11,183 nucleotides of DNA from Candidatus Velthaea sp. (GTDB lineage Bacteria > Vulcanimicrobiota > Vulcanimicrobiia > Vulcanimicrobiales > Vulcanimicrobiaceae), in assembly GCA_050012475.1 (NCBI GenBank), contig JBEKHC010000129.1, positions 1-11,183 of the forward strand, written 5' to 3'. The translations under genes were made by a program, and so were the position numbers. Below are positions 1-8,795 of the stretch, piece after piece. The notes under the pieces are model-generated. The model saw only the letters and a program-made list of their open reading frames with translations, was not told where the DNA came from and made no database searches. Each line of letters opens with the position of its first letter. The first letter of the stretch is position 1.

Positions 1-1845
1 AGCGTCCGGTGGTCGTCAGGGAGGCGTGGCCGAGCGTTTCCCGGACGGTCGTGTGGACCGCTGGATCGACGATGATCTCATCTGCCGAAACCGTGTTTGC
101 GCCCACCGGCCGGCGCTCGCGTGCACGCCGGACCCGTTTGGTCTCAGTCGCCGCGCGCGCCTCGCGATCGCGCAGTCGTTCGTAGGCCGCGAAGATCGCG
201 GCCTCGTCGATCTGAGCGGTGCCGATCTCATGGAGCTTGCGGCGCAGTTCCCGCAGCTCCCAGACGCTGATGGGCGGATGGGCAATGTTCCGATAGGGCA
301 CGGCCGAATACCGTCGGACATCGGGGTCCCAGAAGTAGACGACGCCAATGTCGCGCGGGTCGCGGCGAAACAGAAACTGACGCTTTTGGCCACGGTGCGT
401 CGCGCCGATGAAGCGGCGCAGGACGTCGCTGTAATATTGAATCCCTTCGATTGCCACGCCGCTGGGCTGTACGGTCCGTTCGACGAACGGTAGGAAATCG
501 AGGCGGATCCGCTCCTCGTCCGTTGGACGGTCGATTGTGCCTCGCCCGGGAGCGCGCTCATCGCCGAAGATGCCGACGGTCCAACGGTGGAGCGGCGAGG
601 TATCAATGCCGCGGTGACGCTTGACGTGATGGACGCAAACGATGTAGTCGGTCAGCCACCGTTCGAGCTCGTCGAGCGTCAGCACCGCTGATGCTTCGGA
701 GTCGTAGTTCCCGCGCTGCTTTGGGTTGGAGAACGTCGCACCCGGTAACTCGTGGAGTGCGAGCATGAGGGTTCCCACGAGCCGCTCGATGTGACCGCCC
801 ATGTGCGGTGTCGCTGGCGGACGGTAGTCGAGCGGGATTCCGTACTGCTCGCACGCGCGCCGCAGCATCTCGCCGTGGAACTCCTTCGCGTTGTCCAAAT
901 GGATGCGCGACGGAAAGCCCCAGCAAGGCCATTTGCCAGCGACGCCCCGATGCTCGAGCCACGCCTCCTTGGGCAGCACCGCATGCGCGATGCACAGTCC
1001 CGTCGAGATCACTCCTGGTGGATCGAGCGAGATGCAGAAGCCTATCACCATGCGGCTATAGATGTCGATCGCGAGCGTGATCCACGGGCGCCCGATCGGC
1101 AAGCGTTGTTCGCGATCGACCACGATGATGTCGAGTTTGGTGTGATCGATTTGGACGATGTCCAACGGCCGCTGCGCCACGTCGAAGGTACCGGGTCGCG
1201 GCGCAAAGCTATCGGCGGCCTCTTTGTGATGCGAACGGCGCCGCAAGCGTTCGCGCATCGGCAGCGCGAGAATGCGCAGCCGGACCGTATTCGGGTTCGG
1301 TGCGTGAAGACTCGCCTCCGGCAGCGGCGCGCAACTTCCTGTGCCGTGGAGCGTACTATACGCTGCTGCCGGCTGAGGTAGTGATCCCTGATCGTTTTCG
1401 TGAGGATCTGCTCGACGGCGGGGTTGAGCCGGCTCTTCCCGCGCCCGCCGTTCGATTTCTCCGGGAGCAGGGACGAGAGCAGGCCCGACGCGCGATACAG
1501 GCGCGCCCAACGGTACAGCGTCGTCGTGGCGCAGTCGCCGGCGCGGGCACGTTCAACAACTATCGAACGGGGGCAACGGGTCCCATCGAGCAGCGGAGCG
1601 ATAAGATCTCGCCGGCGCCGGGCTTCCGCCCAATCGCGATCACTGACGTCGGTCAGGTTTGTCGTCGAACTATCAGCAGCTTCTGCGGTCGCCGAACGGA
1701 GATCGCCGATTCCTAAACGCTCGATTTCGCCGGTTTGCGGATCTTCAACGAGAACGGCATCGGAGCCAAGAGCCTGGCGCACAACCAAAAAGCGATCACC
1801 GCACCGGACCTCGGCGCCTTCTGTGAGCGATAGGCTGGTGGTCAA
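1..1845 (-). pseudogene. tnsB: TnsB/TniA-like DDE transposase (Mu/Tn5053/Tn7 superfamily), one -1 frameshift at ~1318, open at the left window edge
   Basis: The 5' part is in the 1045..1986 ORF frame (HTH-like TTTLYRWARLYR, then GGRGKSRL). After adding one G at ~1318-1319 the adjacent frame is open down to base 2: VQIDHTKLDIIVVD (D at 1145-1147), GRPWITLAIDIYSRMV, IHLDNAKEF (D at 893-895), GGHIERLVGT (E at 785-787, 35 residues between D and E), LPGATFSN, RRDPRDI, HPPISVWE. Start set at TTG 1845 because GGAGGT lies 7 nt upstream and it aligns with the start of the paralogue at 9109. Confidence 0.93.
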
Positions 1846-1852
1846 GCGATTG

Positions 1853-1858
1853 ACCTCC
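1853..1858 (-). promoter_or_regulatory. Shine-Dalgarno sequence of tnsB
   Basis: Minus strand reads GGAGGT-caatcgc-TTG(1845). Confidence 0.7.
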
Positions 1859-1878
1859 GCGAGCAATTGCGCATTTCG

Positions 1879-1985
1879 CGCTCTTTGGTTGCGCCAAGGC
1901 ACTGCGGCGCTAAACCGGGCGCCTTTTGCGGGCCGTCGCGGCTCTGACGCACGCCCTTTGGACGGTTTAATCGGCAAAGCCGACA
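1879..1985 (-). repeat. Putative transposon end with three imperfect 10-bp direct repeats (candidate transposase-binding sites)
   Basis: Terminal TGT at 1985-1983. Plus-strand copies cgccctttgg (1952-1961), cgccttttgc (1920-1929) and cgctctttgg (1879-1888). Confidence 0.45.
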
Positions 1986-1990
1986 TCAGG

Positions 1991-2477
1991 GCGGTGGAGA
2001 TTTATCGCCGGCCGGCCAAGGCGCAGCCGGTCGCCTTCAAGCCCGCTCTTGCCAGGAGTCTCAATAACCTCTCGAACGGACTAAGCGACACCGGTGACCG
2101 TGCCGGTGCGTTGCGCGCGATCGAAGAGGCGGTAAAGATCTATCGCCGGGTGGCCCAGGCGCAGCCGTCAGCCTTCGAGCCCGATCTTGCCAGCAGCCTC
2201 AACAACGTCTCGAACAGGCTAAGCGACAGCGGCGATCGTGCCGGTGCGTTGCGCGCGATCGAAGCGGCGGTGGAGATCTATCGCCGCCTGGCCCAGGCGC
2301 AGCCGGCCGCCTTCGAGCCCGATCTTGCCAGGAGCCTCAACAACCTCTCGCTTCGGCTAAGCGACAGCGGTGATCGTGCCGGTGCGTTGCTTGCGATCCA
2401 AGAGACGGTGGAGATCTATCGCCGGCTGGCCCAGGCGCAGCCGGCCGCCTTCGAGCCCGTTCTCGCAAGCAGCCTCC
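1991..2477 (+). repeat. Coding tandem repeat, 138-bp unit, about 3.5 copies
   Basis: Units start at 1991, 2129, 2267 and 2405 (exact 138-nt spacing) and are near-identical at the nucleotide level. Confidence 0.95.
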
Positions 2478-2509
2478 GGCTTCGAGAGTTGTTGTTGATC
2501 CCCGGTTAA
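1991..2509 (+). pseudogene. C-terminal fragment of a tetratricopeptide-repeat protein, 5'-truncated
   Basis: 46-aa units of the form AVEIYRRLAQAQPAAFEPDLARSLNNLSxRLSDSGDRAGALRAIEx; stop TAA at 2507-2509; no start of its own. The upstream part of the 1400..2509 ORF is only the antisense of tnsB. Confidence 0.9.
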
Positions 2510-2631
2510 TCGCTATCACGGGCTTTTCCCGACAAACCGCCTTCTGGCTCAGAACCTGTAATAGTTGGCATCGCAACTCGCAGCCGCAGCGTGCGAGTCG
2601 TGTGATCACCCATCAAATTAGGGGGCGCTCT

Positions 2632-4225
2632 ATGGCACTGTAGGCAAAACGTACTCCGATCGTGCTACCCCCCGTGAAACGCGCCTGCTAAAGACTACAG
2701 CTGCGGCACTGGTCGTCGGTGTAGCGGGCGTTGGCATTGCGGCCGTGTCCATGCATGCTCCGCCGCTGGCGATGGCGGTCGCGACGTTCGGCACAAATGT
2801 CGCGGGCGGCTTTGGGGTGGAAACCCTGAAAAGTCTCTATCGCGCTGCCTGGTTCGATCGGTCTGGTCGGCCAATCGATGAGAACCATGTGATCGTGCGC
2901 GCCTTACGAGACGCGCAGCTGAAGGCGTTGACGACAACACGCGAGAGGTTCGATCACAGTCGCGCTACCGAACCGGACAAGGCCAGGCGAGAACAAGGCG
3001 CTATATTCTCAGAGCTGCTAAGCCGTTACCTCAAAGAAGAGGAAGCTCTGGTCCCAGCCCTGACGCTGAACAGCCTCGCCGACCCTACGCCAAGGACGAC
3101 GATGCGTTGCGACGCAGGGTCATCGAACGTGCGCCCGCGGATTTTACCGCCAGCCTGGCCGCCCGCCACGGATCCGGCCCCACTCTGGATCCGTTCCGGC
3201 TCGCCGCTGAGGCAGCGGTGCTCGCGGAGATCTCCACTAACGTGTTCGAAGACATACCGCGATCATTTGTTTCGCTGGTTGCCGGCGGAGCAGACGGCGA
3301 GGACGGATGGTTCGCCCTGTTCGTCCGCGCTGCCGCACAGACGCTTTACGTCGGCGATGCGTTCGAAAAGGTCTGGGCCGCCGAGCAGAACGCGGTGACC
3401 CTACACCTCGTCCAGACCGCGAACGTTAAGATCGATAATCTGACTGCGATAACCGGGTCGTCCCTCGCGGTGCTCAAAACTTTCGGCGAAAAGATCGACG
3501 CGATGGCCGGCGACGTGACCGAGATGGCGGCCGTGGTACGCGACATCAAGGCACACGGCGACACGTTAGCTGAGCTTATCGCCGCAGTAGGCGTGAATAG
3601 ACCGGAAGCCATTCTTATAACACCGTCATGGGTTGCGGATATGAGGTGGGAGCCAAAAGGTCTTGTATTGGGACTCGAAACACAATTAGTTGAGAAGTCG
3701 AGTCAAGGACCTACAATAAGCGAGAACTTACTCGAGTACGTATGCGATTCGTACAGAGAACAAGCAGTTTTCGGAGTATCTGAACGCGAATGGCTAAATG
3801 AGTCTTCCGTTTTGCTGATCCTGAAATACATACGGGCTCGCGGAGAATACTTTATTGAGCAACTGCCGGAGGACAAATGGTATTATCTCGTTGCCCAGCT
3901 GTCGAACGCCATGGTCAGGTCCTTTTTTAAGTTAGGAAGTATTTTCGGTTTGTGGAGTCTTGGGCCGGGCGGAATCTCAGTGGATAGGAACATTCTTGAG
4001 GGTTTGGTGGACCTCGTATTTTTGCGTGCGGGAGAGCGGGATGCAAAATCGCTTAACGAAAATGACATTACGGGACTCGCACTCTCGACTCTCATCGATC
4101 TAGCCGAGGCGAAGATACTGACGTCCAATCATTCAATGATTCAATATCGCTTTGTTATGGGTCTCATGTTATACCACTTTCTGAACGTGCATGTCTTGGT
4201 TAAAGCAGTTGAGCAGCACGAGTAG
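2632..4225 (+). CDS. Hypothetical protein (~530 aa if joined) with a hydrophobic N-terminus; split by apparent frameshifts at ~2634 and ~3083-3092
   Basis: ORFs 2745..3398 and 3107..4225 join by a -1 shift (LADPTP/KDDDALRRRVIERAP). The first frame is open back to 2622 and includes AAALVVGVAGVGIAAV. An ATG at 2632 behind AGGGGG is out of frame by one base. Possible coiled-coil linker (KIDAMAGDVTEMAAVVRDIK) before a lower-GC C-terminal part. No family recognised. Confidence 0.65.
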
Positions 4226-4350
4226 TAACGGTCGGATCAGATTTGCCAGCTTTAGCTGACGGGGGCATTTGCTGCGCGCCGGATGCGGCTTGGCTTACCC
4301 CTTGTCGAGGTTCTGGGATGAAGAGCGCGTCGACCTCTGTCGAGTAACCA

Positions 4351-4907
4351 ATGAAATTAGATGCTGCGATGCGTGAACGGATCGCCGATCCAGGCGACGG
4401 CGGATGGGTCAATATCGGCGTTGGGCCAACGCGGATGCGCATGCACTCGCAAGGGGTCTGGGTCGAATCACAGCCGGTTATGTTCCCCGAGATCGGAATC
4501 AGCCTCATTCTTGGCGGCAAGTACGATGCCATCGTGGAGGATGAAGCCGGATCGCGGTATCTCATTGACTATAAGACGTCCGCCCGTCCGGACCACGAAC
4601 TATACCGCTACCGGCGGCAACTGGATGCTTACCGCTTTTGCCTCGAAAATCCGAGCTGTCCCCGCGAAGCGATCGCGATCGACGAGATAGGATTGCTGGT
4701 CTACACCCCGCGATCGTTCGCGTTCAAGAATCGGGTTTCGGGGCTCTATGGCCCTACGCGTTGGATCGACTTCGCCCGAGAAGATAGCGCCTTCTTGAAG
4801 CTCCTCAGGGCGTCGCGATCCTGCTCGCTCACGAGGAGCCGGATCGCGCCATAACTTGCGAGTGGTGCACGTATCGGACGGCAGAGAATGTGATGCTTAC
4901 AGCGTGA
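4351..4907 (+). CDS. PD-(D/E)XK nuclease superfamily protein (RecB/AddB/Cas4-like), frameshift at ~4809, possibly 5'-truncated
   Basis: Motifs WVES, GKYD, LIDYKTS and YRRQLDAY (RecB-family QxxxY). Adding one G to GGG at 4808-4810 gives ...LLRGVAILLAHEEPDRAITCEWCTYRTAENVMLTA* (CEWC at 4857-4868, TGA at 4905-4907). Confidence 0.85.
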
Positions 4908-5074
4908 AGCAGATGTGCCGGTGCACCAAGGCCCGCCCCCGCCGGCGACAGCGCGAATCTCAATCAGGGCTTCCATTTGGGTAACTTTTTGTTTGCTTTC
5001 GCGAAGACTAAATCTAAAAACGTGCTTTTGAACCCCTGCGCGCGCATGGTCCGCGCCGCAAGACTAAAATCTTT

Positions 5075-5107
5075 TGACTTCCGAGAACGCCCGCTTCTCG
5101 GAAGTCA
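5075..5107. repeat. Perfect 13-bp inverted repeat between convergent genes (hairpin; atypical terminator or protein-binding site)
   Basis: tgacttccgagaa-cgcccgc-ttctcggaagtca; no 3' U-tract on either strand. Confidence 0.75.
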
Positions 5108-5139
5108 GAATGAGGCTCATGTCGAGCCCCGGATTAACG

Positions 5140-8100
5140 TTAACGGGCTCCTGCGTGCACACGATTGACTGACAGAACGGCTCGTGCGTGACTGCCGGAC
5201 AGCGGTCGCGCTCGTCGGGAGACGTTGAACTCTGCGGTCAGCGCAGCGACAACGGAGAGTCCGCGGCCCGTTTCGCTCATAAGGTCGGTGACCGGTGCTT
5301 GCGCGACGTGCTGAAAGCCAGGACCTTGGTCGAGGACATGCAGGATTGGCGCCTGGCCACCCACTTCTAGCCGCACCTCGATCGGGCCGGGCGCGTGCCG
5401 GACGACGTTGCTGACCAATTCACCGAAGACCACTTCGGCGGCGTGGCACTCGTCATCCGAGGCGGTGTGGGTGCGCAGGCGGTGGGTGATAAAGCCGCGC
5501 GTGGCTCGCGCCGCCTTGGCGTCGTGGGCGTCGAACGTCCACGCCAAGATCGCCTCGTCATTCGGGGATGCATCCCGCTTGCAGCCATCGGCCACCGTTT
5601 CAACCGCGAGCACCAGGACGGCAACGTCGTCGCGCGACCCCTGGCGCAAAACGGCGGCTTGCAGGGCTCGGGCGACATTGCTGGATTCGCGCACGGCTGC
5701 GTCGCCGAGCGCGGCGACCAATCGCTGCTCGCCCTCACTGGGGTCGTGCGTCGCCTCGGTGAGGCCGTCGGTGTAGAGTACGAGCAGCGAGCCGGGGGGA
5801 AGGACGACGTTTGCCTCCGGCTCGGCGGGAGCGTACTCACGCAGCCCGAGCGGCAAGCTGTGGCCGCCCGTCAGCTCGGCGATCGCGCTGTCAGGCTGCC
5901 ACAAAAGCGGCCGCGGATGACCGGCGCAGGCATACCTCAGGAGCGCCGTGATCGGATCAAAAAGGCCCACGAACGCGGTCGCGAACCGCTCCGGATGCTC
6001 GCTGTGCAGCGCCCTGTCGGCGGCTTCGAGAATCACGCCCGGGTCGGGGTCGATCTGGACGACGCCGCGGACGATCTGACGCAAGCTAGCCATCGTGATG
6101 GCCGCCTCGACCCCGCTGCCAAGCACGTCGCCGATCGAGATGAGGATTCGTCCGTCAGGCAGACGCAGAGCGTCGTACCAGTCGCCGCCGACCTGGGCGT
6201 CACTCTTCCCGGCCTCGTAAAAGGCGTGAAAGCGCAGCCCCGGGCACTGCGGTAGTGCGAGCGGCAGGGAGGTCGACTGCAAGAAGTCCGCGACTCGCCG
6301 CTCTTGCGCGAAGTCCCGGGCATGCAGGATCGCCACCGCTGCGCGTCGAGCCAATTCCTCGAACAGCGGAAGATCGGAGACCGTATACACGCGCCGGTCT
6401 TCGGCTTGGCCAGCGGCGAACATCAGCGCGCCGAGCAGCAGCCCACGGGCGACCAACGGGACGATGACGAGCGAAGAACCCAGTTCGATCTCCATCAGCG
6501 TCGGGACGAACTCGGGCCGGACGACCGCGCGGATGAAGGTCTCGTCGGCGCGAGCGACGATCTGGGACGTGCTGCTCGCGTGCGGTACCTGCGAGGCCTC
6601 GACACGCAGATAGCTGTGTCCGCGCAGGCGGTTCGCGAGTTGCGCTTTGTGCGGGTTCGCATGAATGACCGCGGCCGCTTTGGCCGTCCCGTCGTGCTCG
6701 TCGATGAGATTGACGATGCCCCACTGGGCGAACTCCGGCACGACCAGTCGCAAGAGTCCATCGAGCGTCGTCGGCAAATCAAGCGATGACGACAGCACCT
6801 CGCTCGCGTGGGCGATGAACCGCTGGAACGCAGCATCACGCTGCCCCTGCTCGAACAGACGCGCGTTGTCCAGGCCCAGCCCGGCCCGGCTCCCAAGACT
6901 TTTGGCCAGCGCGAAGTCTTTGTCCGAGAACGCCTGCGGCGACTCGGCGTTGAGCATCACCAGCACGCCGAACGTCTGGCCGCGGGCGCTTAACGGGACC
7001 GCGATGAGCGAGTGGAAGTCGAAGGAGTGTTGCCGCCGCTCCCCGTCGACGGCGGCCGCCTTGAGGTGTTCGAGCCCGTATTCCGCTACGAGCACCGGCT
7101 CGCCGGTGCGCAGAACCCGGGCGGTAATCGTCCGGACGCCGACCGGGCGGGTGGCCTGGCGCCGAATGAACGCCGCGCGTTTTGCCCGGTCGCGGTACGC
7201 CGCCGCCTTGGCGGTGAACGTATCGCCCCGCTCCGGGCAATAGACGATGCACCAGTCCGCGATCTTACGTTCGACCACCAGCTCAGCGAGTTGGGTGAGG
7301 ATCTTCTCCGAACTCAGCGACGAAGCCAAGAGTGATCGAGTGTCTGCAAGAAACACAAGCTGCCGTTCGGTCTGCTTGCGTTCGCTAATGTTCGTCAACA
7401 CGCACAGCGAACTGGTGACCGCGCCATGCCGGTCAACCAGCGGGCTGGCAGCGCAGAGCGTCCAGAGCACTGCGCCGTCCCGCCGGCGCAAGCGCACTTC
7501 GTAACGTTCGCTTTTGCCTTGGCGCCGGTGCGCGAGTCGCTGCTCAACCTCGGCGACGTCGGCTGGATCCACGAAATCGAAGACCGAGCGCCCCTGCACC
7601 TCGGCCGCATCCGCGTACCCCAGAAACTCGATCATACGCTGGTTCGCCTGGCTGATGCAGGCGCGCGGGTCGCGCAAATCCAGCTTCATGATTCCGTCGT
7701 TGGTCGTCTCGATGAGCCGGTGATACTCGAGCTCGTGGGCATACAGGCGGGCGCGCTCCACGGCGATGCCCACGCGCCATGTGAGCTCCTGCGCAAACTC
7801 CAGATCCCGCTGGTCGTAGCGGCCCTCGCCCGGCGCCGTCAGTACAAGCAGCAGCGCTCCGAGCACGCGGTTCTCCAAACCGGTGACCGGCACAACCAAG
7901 AGCGAGCGATAGTCGAGCTCGCGCATGAGCCGTTCGTGATCGTCGCTGGTTGCGTTCGCGGCGATCCAGGTCTCGTCCACCCGCGGAACGATCAGCGAGT
8001 GACCCGAATCGATTGCGCGCAGGACGGCGTGGGTAACGCCGCAGCGCTCGCTGACCAAGAAGCGCTCGGCGCCGACCAGGCGTTGCGCCAACTCGGGGTC

Positions 8101-8718
8101 GGGGTGAGCGCTGGCGACCAGCTCGATCGACCCGTTCTCATCGATCAGATAGAACAGACACATCGTCGCCAGCCCCTCGACCGCCAGCTCAGCGACGGTC
8201 TCGAGCGTTTTGGTATAATTGGGCGAGCTTGCCAGTGCGACAGCGGCCTTGCCGAGAAAGCCCTGCCCCAGCCGGCTGTCCTCCGCGCGCCTCCGGCCGC
8301 GGTGCAAGATCTCGCTGACAACACTGACCAGCACGCCGGCTAGGCTGAACGATACCAAGGCGATCGCACTGGCATAGTCGGCAATCGCCAAACTGTATAT
8401 TGGCGCGAGCAGAAAATAGTCGCCTGCGAGGGTGCCGAGCACGGTCGCGACCAAGCCCGGTCCCAAGCCACCTAGCCACGCGCACAAGATGACCGAGACC
8501 AACAGTAAGGTTAGGGCCGGGTGTTTCCCGGACGCCGTATCGCCAAGTGCTAAACGCGCCTGCAGCGCGGCCGCCGTGCTGGCGATTGAAAGCAGATAGG
8601 CAAGCCACCTCGACCACCAGGGGCGGCTCGGGAGCCGCCAAGGATCGCGCCGCACATCGCCGTCCAGTCGCTGACGTGCAAACCGCAGCATCCCGGTTAA
8701 ACTCACCATTACGTCCAT
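5140..8718 (-). CDS. Membrane-anchored SpoIIE/RsbU-family PP2C phosphatase with DUF4118-like TM region, GAF-PAS-GAF-GAF sensors and a C-terminal RsbW-like HATPase domain
   Basis: Intact 1192-aa ORF. N-terminal TM helices with GGLGPGLVAT; three GAF-like blocks (SLLVVPV, SLIAVPL, SLVIVPL, each followed by a coiled-coil linker); PAS (NQRMIEFLGY...GRSVFDFV...NISERK); PP2C motifs VGGDWYD (6172-6192), GDVLGSG, YTDGLTE, DDVAVL; HATPase boxes ELVSNVVRH, DQGPGF, ETGRGL. Exact start uncertain (8718, 8709 or 8691). Confidence 0.95.
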   Translation of the reverse strand: MDVMVSLTGMLRFARQRLDGDVRRDPWRLPSRPWWSRWLAYLLSIASTAAALQARLALGDTASGKHPALTLLLVSVILCAWLGGLGPGLVATVLGTLAGDYFLLAPIYSLAIADYASAIALVSFSLAGVLVSVVSEILHRGRRRAEDSRLGQGFLGKAAVALASSPNYTKTLETVAELAVEGLATMCLFYLIDENGSIELVASAHPDPELAQRLVGAERFLVSERCGVTHAVLRAIDSGHSLIVPRVDETWIAANATSDDHERLMRELDYRSLLVVPVTGLENRVLGALLLVLTAPGEGRYDQRDLEFAQELTWRVGIAVERARLYAHELEYHRLIETTNDGIMKLDLRDPRACISQANQRMIEFLGYADAAEVQGRSVFDFVDPADVAEVEQRLAHRRQGKSERYEVRLRRRDGAVLWTLCAASPLVDRHGAVTSSLCVLTNISERKQTERQLVFLADTRSLLASSLSSEKILTQLAELVVERKIADWCIVYCPERGDTFTAKAAAYRDRAKRAAFIRRQATRPVGVRTITARVLRTGEPVLVAEYGLEHLKAAAVDGERRQHSFDFHSLIAVPLSARGQTFGVLVMLNAESPQAFSDKDFALAKSLGSRAGLGLDNARLFEQGQRDAAFQRFIAHASEVLSSSLDLPTTLDGLLRLVVPEFAQWGIVNLIDEHDGTAKAAAVIHANPHKAQLANRLRGHSYLRVEASQVPHASSTSQIVARADETFIRAVVRPEFVPTLMEIELGSSLVIVPLVARGLLLGALMFAAGQAEDRRVYTVSDLPLFEELARRAAVAILHARDFAQERRVADFLQSTSLPLALPQCPGLRFHAFYEAGKSDAQVGGDWYDALRLPDGRILISIGDVLGSGVEAAITMASLRQIVRGVVQIDPDPGVILEAADRALHSEHPERFATAFVGLFDPITALLRYACAGHPRPLLWQPDSAIAELTGGHSLPLGLREYAPAEPEANVVLPPGSLLVLYTDGLTEATHDPSEGEQRLVAALGDAAVRESSNVARALQAAVLRQGSRDDVAVLVLAVETVADGCKRDASPNDEAILAWTFDAHDAKAARATRGFITHRLRTHTASDDECHAAEVVFGELVSNVVRHAPGPIEVRLEVGGQAPILHVLDQGPGFQHVAQAPVTDLMSETGRGLSVVAALTAEFNVSRRARPLSGSHARAVLSVNRVHAGAR

Positions 8719-8795
8719 CCGCTGACGGTGGCTACTCGGCGCCGACCCGATTCCAAGGCAAAATCGGCGACTTTTTCCTGCCCAAGCAGAATTAG

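Larger units (their letters stand above)
1..1985 (-). mobile_element. One end of a Tn5053/Tn7-like transposon, continuing beyond the left edge
   Basis: tnsB-like gene; a minus-strand 5'-TGTCGGCTTTGCCGATTAAA begins at 1985, exactly where the TPR gene is cut. The other end and the target-site duplication are outside the window. Confidence 0.65.

Noticed and set aside
26..1381. Plus-strand ORFs 26..493 and 752..1381
   Set aside because: Codon-register antisense shadows of the tnsB core; the minus frame carries the DDE motifs.
1846..1986. ATG 1986 as the tnsB start, or a tnsA remnant in this interval
   Set aside because: The RBS and the paralogue alignment support TTG 1845. The ATG overlaps the candidate TGT terminus, and no minus-strand frame I read resembles TnsA.
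1400..1990. 369-aa ORF 1400..2509 as a full-length TPR protein
   Set aside because: The first ~195 codons are the antisense of tnsB and its end region; only 1991-2509 is TPR.
1991..2477. 138-bp repeats as a CRISPR array or DGR template/variable repeats
   Set aside because: Contiguous in-frame coding units with no spacers; differences are not adenine-specific and no reverse transcriptase is present.
2570..2606. Imperfect hairpin (actcgca...tgcgagt core) between the TPR fragment and the next gene
   Set aside because: Short stem, no U-tract and no recognisable RNA family; plausible by chance.
4351..4907. Calling the nuclease cas4 and the locus a CRISPR-associated transposon
   Set aside because: Only two C-terminal motif cysteines, and no array, cas effector, tnsC or tniQ in the window.
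5188..8641. Numerous ORFs overlapping the phosphatase gene
   Set aside because: Alternative-frame or antisense ORFs expected in high-GC coding DNA; no motifs.
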